A stretch of DNA of 64,000 nucleotides from Minisyncoccota bacterium (GTDB lineage Bacteria; Patescibacteriota; Minisyncoccia; 2-02-FULL-40-12; GWA2-44-9), in NCBI GenBank assembly GCA_030583765.1, contig CP129474.1, forward strand, positions 201,709 to 265,708, in the 5' to 3' direction. A model generated the notes under the pieces. That model saw only the letters and a list, made by a program, of their open reading frames with translations. It was not told the DNA's origin and searched no databases. Positions 47,701 to 54,369 of this stretch are shown piece by piece (the first letter of the stretch is position 1; every line of letters begins with the position of its first letter). The translations under genes and the position numbers were made by a program.

Positions 47701-48405
47701 TTCGCTCAATGTGCCCGTGCCCATAACCTTAAAGCGGAGGAACTCAACACCCTGTGCGTTCTTGGTGAGAGTTGCTGATGCTGGGTTGTTCGAAGACAAG
47801 CTGAAGTTTACCGATCCAGAAACTGGAGAGGATGACGGGCTTGCTACGCCACCGCGGGTGTATGCAGGAACCTGCAACACAGAGGAAAATTCTGCACCCT
47901 TGTTGTAAGAGTTGAATTCAGCTGTGTTGATGCAGAAGACCTTCGCAAAGAAGTTCGGGTCATCTGCGACTGCCTGCGCACCGGAGGTGTTTACCCAACG
48001 GAGAACTGCGGTGTCTTCACCAGTAACATCGATACCGTACACCTTCTGATCGCCTGCTTCACAGTTGCGGAAGAGGCCAGAGGTGCCGAATGCATCGCGG
48101 GTTGCTGGCGTGACTGACTTCACATTGGCGAAACCGCCAAGGTGACCGTACATGTTGAAGATTGCTGGGTTCAAGAACAAACGCTTGTACCCGTGCTCAT
48201 TCACAATGTACACGTCCGGATCCGAAGATCCAGCAGCGCTGATAGTGTCGCCTTCCTTAAGACCATAGTCTGACGGCTTTGCAGCCGCGAGTGCTACGCC
48301 AGAGGAAAGGACCAGCGCCATGCCCGTGAACGACAATACTGTCGCTACGGTTGTGAGACCTGCGACAACTCGCTTGAGTGTCACAAGGTTTTTTGAAGTT
48401 AACAT
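44746..48405 (-). CDS. Giant (1219 aa) secreted cell-surface protein, Thr/Ser/Gly-rich with Ig-like/beta-sandwich repeats (S-layer-like/adhesin-like)
   Basis: An N-terminal signal/TM segment (VVAGLTTVATVLSFTGMALVLSSGVALAAA) is followed by ~1150 aa of low-complexity beta-rich sequence rich in T/S/G/V/N. No enzymatic motifs and no obvious sortase or lipobox anchor. Confidence 0.7.
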   Translation of the reverse strand: MLTSKNLVTLKRVVAGLTTVATVLSFTGMALVLSSGVALAAAKPSDYGLKEGDTISAAGSSDPDVYIVNEHGYKRLFLNPAIFNMYGHLGGFANVKSVTPATRDAFGTSGLFRNCEAGDQKVYGIDVTGEDTAVLRWVNTSGAQAVADDPNFFAKVFCINTAEFNSYNKGAEFSSVLQVPAYTRGGVASPSSSPVSGSVNFSLSSNNPASATLTKNAQGVEFLRFKVMGTGTLSEVTFKRLGAGSTDDFDNLYVYEGARRLTSGKSLSSSTGEVTFANLNLSVSGTRELSLVGDLSATGGNVNYFELKGAMLASGSVGGLPVTGNTMSISGSDSGGITMNKVGSIPNPTVGQKGAQISEFKLTANTEAASVKRITMFQGGTVKPSDITNIKLKAGTNEWSGSMTSDSYLVFDLGSGFSIVKGGEQVFKVYADLGGRKDEDVNLYFENSTDILAIGDQYGFGMAATISDMDSAAEAFDVTLQGGVLTIVSSSLSSANIGTDTADTTLLEYSMTAASNIEVRKTEFTLCHDPGADGSYANAADTTNGWADLDDFKVVNKDTGVTVMGPQDGSAFTTSDSGTCEDSATGAQKTFTDTYDLVAGKTYNFKVTADIKTANSRSGTALAAGDAIQVFLDNFTDDTPDITVMKYAGTNTAVADADIVPQSDMAGPALTIQASSLTLGLGSVNSQTFVRRTSNVDAVGITFKASQASALKVTDISLTGYVSDSGVAGTFGAGTAPAPDTGITIANLVSSVALYDSENMTNPIASGVASSLSATTGKVSFNNMNWNIPAGATKTLLVRVNLGANATSASGSDYFSFDIDATTDVTALDDSSRQVNAGNADPNGGTSPTTIVTVKNSGSLTVATNTADSPQKHSVYWGQNGDVAGVWRFTAANEGYYIDTITFGEDDHGTQKTDFAQNAKNMYITYKNKAGSEITKSSNGALATASFSGFADNDRPYVAKDSSLDIILKVDYMTKAEGATSGKVWDLAFIGDHGAGVSATSIFKATGESGVTIDASDSNIVNRDLADAGRSTRIYRVFPEFALVAPTATKLSTVDPVLTFTITAKGLSDSRLFFDNTATASGSIKFDTVASGATGTASPTFTVRDEVGTIVDTGTITNASNPSVGASMTIDFSSQDVEITGGTSKTLRVYLDTITGFNTPTNTSSGVASDYFQLVLRDNEDSLIQWVDNSTNSSSDADVASTQGFLRNLPMSGYQFTAQ

Positions 48406-48802
48406 GGCTTAAACCTTTCAGAACCACACTTCACGTCATACGCCGCCAAACGGTGGAGTATATACGCGAGCAGTGGTAGTAATACGAACACTAACAATTG
48501 CCCTGTATAGGGCGAGGCCTTGATTGATTCTGCTCCTCCTCCAGCGGGAGGGAATTTCCGCTAGGTGCGTTGTGCTCGTTCTTTCGACCGAACACGCAGC
48601 TGGAGCGAATCTTCGACGCCAAGACCTTTTATGAATGCGAACTGACCGTTGCAATGGAAAATGGGGAATGCACCGTTCGTCTCTATCATCTCTTTAGCCA
48701 TTGCTTTCGTTCGTGGTTGTCAACGATCTTTTCTGCACTCCCTCCCGCTACGTGTCACCAGGGGGGTGGCATCGTAAGGGGAGAGGGTTCAGACGGCAAA
48801 AC

Positions 48803-48834
48803 GCAACCATGGGCATGGTTGCTCGTTTTTTCCT
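48803..48834 (+). terminator. Orphan intrinsic terminator-like hairpin within a 640-bp noncoding region
   Basis: GCAACCATG-GGC-CATGGTTGC perfect 9-bp stem followed by TCGTTTTTTCC on the plus strand. An A-tract lies upstream, so it could act bidirectionally. Confidence 0.5.
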
Positions 48835-49048
48835 GCTATGTGTAGATAGTTCCCATTGCGTGAGGTTGCGCATTCCACGGGTGCGCTTCCCTATGCTTCG
48901 GGCCGACTTACCGCCTTATATGATAGCAAAAAGGCTGGAAAAGTCAACATTTTCCCGACATTCGTCCCCGACGGTTTTCAGGAGCGAATACCTACAGTAT
49001 AGAGCTTGCAGAGAGGGAAGCAACAGAAAAGATGTGGATATGCCCATA

Positions 49049-50017
49049 TTACCTCATTTTTGGGCTTCCCAGCACTGGATTTCCACCCCCATCCAGCCCC
49101 TGCCCCGGGCCAGAATACGTGCGCCATGAAGACCCCTGCGAGCCGTCTAAAGCGCCCGAAATACGCTCCATAGAAGCATACGTGGCCGCATTGCCCGCAA
49201 ACCACCCAGAAGAGCAATCTACGGCGTCTTTTTCGCTTCCGTCGGGCCCAATAAGTACGATACGCTCCCCGTTATTCTTAATACCGCCACGGCCAAAGCT
49301 CGTTGCGAGATCAGCCACAACGTCTGGTAGGGCGTTGTCATCAACGGTCCGCTCTATGAGAAACGTTCCACGGGCAGGAATGGTGCCAGAAAGTGCAATA
49401 TCTGGGCTTCCGTCATCAGATCTCAGGCGCCAGCCCTCAAGCGACACGGGGGAGTCGCCATCATTCCCTAGCTCGATCCATTCATCAGAAGCAGAGTGTC
49501 GCGTCCCCGCCCAAGCAATTTCAGAGATAAACACGCGTTCACGAGATGGCGTCGGTTCAGGTGTTACGGATAGCGTAGGTGTCACCGAAGGTGTACTGAT
49601 TGGTGTCACGGTAGGTGTCACGGATGTCTTTGGTGTCACCAATGGTGGCGTAGGTGTCACGAGTCTTGGAGTTAGTGTCACGGTAGGTGACACGCGTGGC
49701 GATGACGTTATAGTTGGCGTAATATATTGTGTTTTTTGCGTAGGTGTCACCGAAGGTGTACTGATTGGTGTCACGGTAGGTGTCACGGTTGTCTTTGGTG
49801 ACACCAATGGTGTCACCAAAGGTGGCGTAGGTGTCACGAGTCTTGGAGTTGGTGTCACGGTAGGTGACACGCGTGGCGATGACGTGTCACCTACCGCCTC
49901 CTGAAACAAAAACGCGGTACCGTCAGTAGGTACCGCGTTTTGGCGCGACGACCACATGCCACCAAGTACAATGGCAATGCCAGATACACCAACCATGAGA
50001 ACGGGGTAGCGGCCCAT
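49049..50017 (-). CDS. Lamin-tail-domain (LTD) protein with N-terminal TM anchor and Thr/Pro-rich repeat linker
   Basis: LTD hallmark ISEIAWAGT...DEWIELGNDGDSPVSLEGWRL...GTIPARGTFLIER. The linker is TPTPRLVTPTPPLVTP...TPTVTPISTPSVTPT, present twice. Confidence 0.8.
   Translation of the reverse strand: MGRYPVLMVGVSGIAIVLGGMWSSRQNAVPTDGTAFLFQEAVGDTSSPRVSPTVTPTPRLVTPTPPLVTPLVSPKTTVTPTVTPISTPSVTPTQKTQYITPTITSSPRVSPTVTLTPRLVTPTPPLVTPKTSVTPTVTPISTPSVTPTLSVTPEPTPSRERVFISEIAWAGTRHSASDEWIELGNDGDSPVSLEGWRLRSDDGSPDIALSGTIPARGTFLIERTVDDNALPDVVADLATSFGRGGIKNNGERIVLIGPDGSEKDAVDCSSGWFAGNAATYASMERISGALDGSQGSSWRTYSGPGQGLDGGGNPVLGSPKMR
49576..49905. repeat. Two-copy ~165-177 bp tandem direct repeat inside the LTD gene, encoding the TP-rich linker
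   Basis: Unit 1 (49576-49740) and unit 2 (49741-49905) are ~90% identical: TAGGTGTCACCGAAGGTGTACTGATTGGTGTCACGGTAGGTGTCACGG.... Unit 2 has a 12-nt insertion. GGTGTCAC sub-repeats are present. Confidence 0.8.
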
Positions 50018-50148
50018 ACTTCAGACAGGAGCTTTCGCCTACCACCTAGACCGTGCATTCAGGAGGGATGCGAATTCACGAGGTGATAGGAAAAAGCCCC
50101 CGTACGTACCTAGAGAGCATACCGTATCAGACCAACCACATGCAAGAA

Positions 50149-50739
50149 CTATCGCGCGGCGTACGTGACGCTCCTTCCATCGACGATGCGCTTGACGACG
50201 CGCCCCCTTACCAAAAACTGTACGGCTCGCTGAACGGTTCGCCGAGAGTGCTCTGGAAATGCTTGGATCACCTCGTTCAGCGCCACATTGGGATGCGTAC
50301 GAATAAAACCGAGCACATCTCCGTATCTTTGCTCCCCGTTACTTTCGTGCGATGCGGGTACGGCGTGGGTTGGCGCGCTCTGCGTCCGCTCAACTCGCGC
50401 ACGCTTCGGTGCCACCCGTTTTGTTGGCTGCGCATCACGTGAAATCAACTCAAGCGCTCGTACACGAAGCAAGAGAACCGTACGAGCCTGACGAGTCGCA
50501 TCGATAGACGTGCAAAACCCCGATGCTTCACAGAGCGCTATGCGTTCAAGCATCTCCTGCACCGCACGGGCGCAGAAGGAGTATGAATCTTGAGTAGGAT
50601 GATGGGCATGAGCAGTAACGCTTTGAGCAAGTCTCTGGCTTGGCTCTTGGAGTAGTCGCGCAGCTCGCGCATCGCGCGTGAGCGCTCCAAGAGCGATAAG
50701 CGCATCGGTAAGCTCACAAATAAGCGGAGAAGAGGCCAT
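50149..50739 (-). CDS. Hypothetical protein with C-terminal winged-helix-like segment (weak)
   Basis: The C-terminus LNEVIQAFPEHSRRTVQRAVQFLVRGRVVKRI resembles an HTH. The start was moved to MASSPL (50739) because the full ORF would include the upstream terminator hairpin. No SD. The ORF could be spurious. Confidence 0.3.
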   Translation of the reverse strand: MASSPLICELTDALIALGALTRDARAARLLQEPSQRLAQSVTAHAHHPTQDSYSFCARAVQEMLERIALCEASGFCTSIDATRQARTVLLLRVRALELISRDAQPTKRVAPKRARVERTQSAPTHAVPASHESNGEQRYGDVLGFIRTHPNVALNEVIQAFPEHSRRTVQRAVQFLVRGRVVKRIVDGRSVTYAAR

Positions 50740-50854
50740 GGGTAATACGGAAACAAAGAAACACTCTGTAATGGGCCGGAACGTATCACGTTTGCAAAAA
50801 AACAGCAACGCAAGCACAAGAGCGAGCGAAAGAATGCGCAGCGTACAAAAACGC

Positions 50855-50899
50855 ACACACGCCACACGATAGTGCTCGTGTGGCGTGTGTTTTTGTGTG
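50855..50899 (-). terminator. Bidirectional rho-independent terminator downstream of the FKBP gene
   Basis: 14-bp perfect stem ACACACGCCACACG / CGTGTGGCGTGTGT with an 8-nt loop. T-runs are on both sides (TTTTTGTGTG on plus; GCGTTTTTGTACGC on minus). Confidence 0.6.
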
Positions 50900-51001
50900 A
50901 TGAGTGGCTATGAAACTGTCTTTTCGACTCTAATATTGTGCGACGTTAGAGGATGGGGAAACAAAAGTTATCCACAGGTTATATACATCTATCAAGGTTG
51001 C

Positions 51002-51517
51002 CTATTTTGCTTGCGGAGCAACGCCTACAAGCTCAACCTCAAAGCGGAGATCGGCATTCGGTGGAATTACATCCCCCGCTCCCCGCGCACCATACCCCAA
51101 CGCTGAAGGAATAACGAGTACACGCTTCCCTCCTACGCGCATGCCAGCGATACCGAGATCCCAGCCACGAATCACCTGACCAGCGCCGAGCGTGAACGAG
51201 AACGGCTGTCCACGATTATACGAGCTATCGAATTCTGTTCCGTTCATGAGTGTCCCGCGGTAATGCGCAGTCACTACCATACCAGGCTGTGCTTCCGCGC
51301 CCTTTCCGACAACATAATCCTGTACCTGCAAACCGCCTTCGAGCGTACGGATTTCTGGTGTGACGAGCGGCGCATCCGCTCCCGGTGCAACGCTTACCGT
51401 TGGTGTATCAGTGGACATAGGCTCCAGTGGCGCATCATTTTTGAGCGAGAACAGCCACGCGGCAGTACCGACAGCAAGAATGACGACAAGAAAAATAAAG
51501 AATGTTTTAGTGTGCAT
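51002..51517 (-). CDS. FKBP-type peptidyl-prolyl cis-trans isomerase, membrane-anchored/secreted
   Basis: FKBP_C motifs FDSSYNRGQPFSFTLGAGQVIRGWDLGIAGMRVGGKRVLVIPSALGYG and LRFEVELVGV. N-terminal TM/signal. Confidence 0.85.
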   Translation of the reverse strand: MHTKTFFIFLVVILAVGTAAWLFSLKNDAPLEPMSTDTPTVSVAPGADAPLVTPEIRTLEGGLQVQDYVVGKGAEAQPGMVVTAHYRGTLMNGTEFDSSYNRGQPFSFTLGAGQVIRGWDLGIAGMRVGGKRVLVIPSALGYGARGAGDVIPPNADLRFEVELVGVAPQAK

Positions 51518-51523
51518 GATTCG

Positions 51524-52441
51524 TTAGCGGTTCTTTAGGGGTGGATAGAGGTCGGGATCAATAGTGCGCTCAAAGCATGTCCGCTCTGCACCATGTTCCC
51601 ATGATTCGTTTTTCTCCATCGGATACGCAAGTGACTGCTGGCTACCAATTGTGTCGGTTGCAAACGTAGCGCAAAGCTCAAAAGAACGAGCGCCGGTGAC
51701 ACGATATTCATATGCCATTTTGGTCACTGGGTCAGTGGGCACCAAAAAGCCAGAAAGCTCATTGTTGAGCACTTCAAGATTTGCAGGGAGTGCATTTTTT
51801 GCCTGCCAATATTGAATAATCTGCCACTGAATCGCGCTCAGATCGCCTATGCGGCGGTCGTCGAGGCGGACGAGACGTTGTGACTGTGGTGTACCGGCGA
51901 TAACAAGACCGGCAACAAGCGCCGCCACTACAAAACCCATTGCACCAGCCTCAACTGCGCGGTGAACGCTCGTGCGCACGCCATTCAACTCGGAGCGATA
52001 CACGGACATAATAACCCCTGCGATGAGAAGCACCGAGAGCGCCTTTAAGAGAAAGCGCAACGACAGATCACCCTGCAAATATGCATGGAGTACGGTAACA
52101 AGATCGCCAATAGCTACCAGTCCTGCGACAAAAAGCGTGAAATACAAGAGCCAGCGACGTACACGCATGTCGCGCTTTTCTGGGAATGCGGCGACGTCTC
52201 TGCGCAAGAAGCGAAGCGTCCAGAGCAGCGCAGGGAATGTGATCACGAGCACCGCGATCGCCCAGCGCATCAGGCTACGAGTCACTTCTCCACTCCATGC
52301 CCCGTCCAGAAATGGATCAGGAATACCAATATTCACCAGCTGGAATGCGAGCATGCCAACGTGGATCGAAACGAACGCAAGCAAAATGGTTGACAAGATG
52401 TATAAAAATACATCCCGTGGAAGATTTTTTGAATCAGACAT
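51524..52441 (-). CDS. Hypothetical integral membrane protein
   Basis: Four or more predicted TM helices and a C-terminal soluble ~120 aa. No recognizable family. Confidence 0.45.
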   Translation of the reverse strand: MSDSKNLPRDVFLYILSTILLAFVSIHVGMLAFQLVNIGIPDPFLDGAWSGEVTRSLMRWAIAVLVITFPALLWTLRFLRRDVAAFPEKRDMRVRRWLLYFTLFVAGLVAIGDLVTVLHAYLQGDLSLRFLLKALSVLLIAGVIMSVYRSELNGVRTSVHRAVEAGAMGFVVAALVAGLVIAGTPQSQRLVRLDDRRIGDLSAIQWQIIQYWQAKNALPANLEVLNNELSGFLVPTDPVTKMAYEYRVTGARSFELCATFATDTIGSQQSLAYPMEKNESWEHGAERTCFERTIDPDLYPPLKNR

Positions 52442-52523
52442 GTTGCTATACTAGCACACTCTAGATCGCAAACAACGTTAGGACAATCACATAGCAAGAA
52501 GACCGGTATGTCTATATTCCGGA

Positions 52524-53039
52524 TCACTCAGAGAGCTTATCATTACGAGATTTCTTCATTATTGGGATAAGTATAGCAAGCAATGTCCAAACCCCAAAAG
52601 TTGGCACAAGTACTCTCATTAAAATATTGCCGTGCTGAGCAAGATTGATAGCTTCCCAAGTGAATACAATATAAAGACTCGCAAAGATATAAAACATGTA
52701 TTCTTCAATGGGAAGTCCTAAAAATTTAATACCTAACGTTTCGTTGAAGTTGAATTGCCACAGCCAGCCTGAATCTTTTCTACCGTGACGGGTTGCCCAA
52801 ATATCCCAGATACTTCCCAATAACAAGATTCCGAATACAAAACTTACTAGATTTACAACATTGATCCTATCAATTAAGAGATACCCCTCAATGAAGGCAG
52901 GGATACCGAAAGCAAATAATAATGTGAGTAAGTAATAAAACTTTTTTGAGATAATCCCCATGAGATAGTAAGTACGGTAAAATATACCAAAATTCGAAGT
53001 AGTACGCAAAAAGCGATGGGGTGTCCTTCTGAAGACCAT
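52524..53039 (-). CDS. Hypothetical small integral membrane protein in an AT-rich segment
   Basis: Multi-TM (LLTLLFAFGIPAFIEGYLLI..., VSFVFGILLLGSIWDIW...). Local GC is about 38%, against 55-60% in the flanks. Confidence 0.4.
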   Translation of the reverse strand: MVFRRTPHRFLRTTSNFGIFYRTYYLMGIISKKFYYLLTLLFAFGIPAFIEGYLLIDRINVVNLVSFVFGILLLGSIWDIWATRHGRKDSGWLWQFNFNETLGIKFLGLPIEEYMFYIFASLYIVFTWEAINLAQHGNILMRVLVPTFGVWTLLAILIPIMKKSRNDKLSE

Positions 53040-53061
53040 TCGGAGCCCGAGCGGGCAGGGT

Positions 53062-53148
53062 GTGCAAATAAAAAGAGTGGGGTTAGGCCACTCTTTTTAT
53101 TTGCACGAGCGAGGGCGAGTGAGACCGCGCAGTCCCGCTGGGACTGCG
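53062..53148 (-). terminator. Stacked hairpins downstream of the peroxiredoxin gene (a 19-bp perfect inverted repeat plus a 9-bp GC hairpin)
   Basis: GTGCAAATAAAAAGAGTGG-GGTTAGG-CCACTCTTTTTATTTGCAC (53062-53106) and CGCAGTCCC-GCT-GGGACTGCG (53128-53148). On the minus strand they lie 3' of the gene ending at 53182. Confidence 0.5.
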
Positions 53149-53181
53149 ACGGGAGTCGGAAGAAGGATACCCAGAGCGCGC

Positions 53182-53700
53182 CTACTTCCCCAGCGTCTTT
53201 TCGCCCGGATTCCATTCAACAGGGCAAAGCTCCCCTGTTTGCAGCGCCTGTAGTGCGCGGTGTACCTCTTTTACCGAACGGCCAACCGAGTTGTCGGAGA
53301 CCATCATCCATCGAAGCGTACCCTCTGGATCAATGATGAAAGTGCCGCGCTGGCTCGCGCCATCAGAGCCGAGCACATTGTATTCCTGTGAGATGATCTG
53401 CGTCGTATCTGCGAGAATAGGATACTTCACTTCGGGTAGATCGCGCTCAAACCATGCCTTGTGAGAATGTTCACTGTCCGTTGATGCGCCGAGAATAACC
53501 GCGTTGCATTCTTCAAATTCTTTCTCAAGGCGCGAAAATTCTTTAATTTCCGTGGGACATACGAATGTAAAGTCACGTGGATAGAAAAAGAGCACTACCC
53601 AACGGCCGCGATAATCTTCGAGCCCAACCTTCACGAACTGCCCCGCATGATACGCCTGTACGTGTGAAAACGACGGCGCTCGTTCTCCAATTTTTACCAT
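53182..53700 (-). CDS. Peroxiredoxin (AhpC/TSA family, 2-Cys-like)
   Basis: WVVLFFYPRDFTFVCPTEI peroxidatic Cys motif. Start at MVKIGERAPSF (53700). Confidence 0.9.
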   Translation of the reverse strand: MVKIGERAPSFSHVQAYHAGQFVKVGLEDYRGRWVVLFFYPRDFTFVCPTEIKEFSRLEKEFEECNAVILGASTDSEHSHKAWFERDLPEVKYPILADTTQIISQEYNVLGSDGASQRGTFIIDPEGTLRWMMVSDNSVGRSVKEVHRALQALQTGELCPVEWNPGEKTLGK

Positions 53701-53888
53701 AGATATGACTCGCCTATCGGCCACCAGCGCGCAGCGTGCGCGCATGGAGAACATGAGACGAGGTATTGCCGAGTTAGTATACCCAACAAAAGCAAAGAGC
53801 GCGATATTGACTTAGCGTCAAAAAATCAGCAAAATGCGAAAAGCGGTATGGCACATTAACAATTTCATACCCTGTTAAGGAGGTTCTT

Positions 53889-54359
53889 GTGAGTATCGAC
53901 CGCTTGATTGACCTCGCACGTCGCTTTTTCGAAGATGTGCAAAAGCGCGCTCCAGGAAGCGCGGCGCGCACCGTCGGCATGGGCATCAACGCCTTTTCGG
54001 AGCCCTTCTACGATCACCTCGTTGGGAGTACGAAGCTCGGTGAGCGCCTGCGAGCTCTGGGGCCCGAAAAAACGTTTGCACTTCTTGGGATGCTGTACTT
54101 CGCGTATTCGAGCATCCCCAAGACGTCGCCGTTCGCACAGCTCCTCGATGAGCTGTTCAGTAACGCACCGTCGGAGATCTTGGCGAGACTCATGCGCCAC
54201 CACGATGCACGGTCGCTTCTCGAGGCACTCTTCGCACGCATCCGCCAGGAAAAGGGGTTCGAGCACGTGACACAGCAAGACATCGCCGATCTCATGGCGG
54301 CCCTCTGGCGCAAACAGCGCAACGAAAACTCGGCGGCTTTCAAGCCACTTCTTCCCTAA
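53889..54359 (+). CDS. Hypothetical soluble alpha-helical protein (GTG start, strong SD), in a GC3-rich island
   Basis: AAGGAGG is 5 nt upstream of GTG at 53889. GC3 is very high relative to the rest of the window. The opposite-strand ORF 53865..54602 is Arg-rich antisense noise. Confidence 0.55.
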   Translation: MSIDRLIDLARRFFEDVQKRAPGSAARTVGMGINAFSEPFYDHLVGSTKLGERLRALGPEKTFALLGMLYFAYSSIPKTSPFAQLLDELFSNAPSEILARLMRHHDARSLLEALFARIRQEKGFEHVTQQDIADLMAALWRKQRNENSAAFKPLLP

Positions 54360-54369
54360 AGGAGAACCC

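Noticed and set aside
48406-49048. tmRNA, RNase P RNA or SRP RNA in the long intergenic region
   Set aside because: I looked for the tmRNA GGGG...CCACCA ends and an ...ALAA-stop tag frame, the RNase P AGGAAAGTCCGGGCTCC/P4 motifs and the SRP GGTCAGGTCCGGAAGG core. None was found, so it is reported only as an unassigned candidate ncRNA or leader.
50053-50442. 129-aa plus-strand ORF opposite the 50149..50739 hypothetical gene
   Set aside because: It has no motifs or signals. The minus-strand frame has a plausible wHTH-like C-terminus, but both are low-confidence and the region may be largely noncoding.
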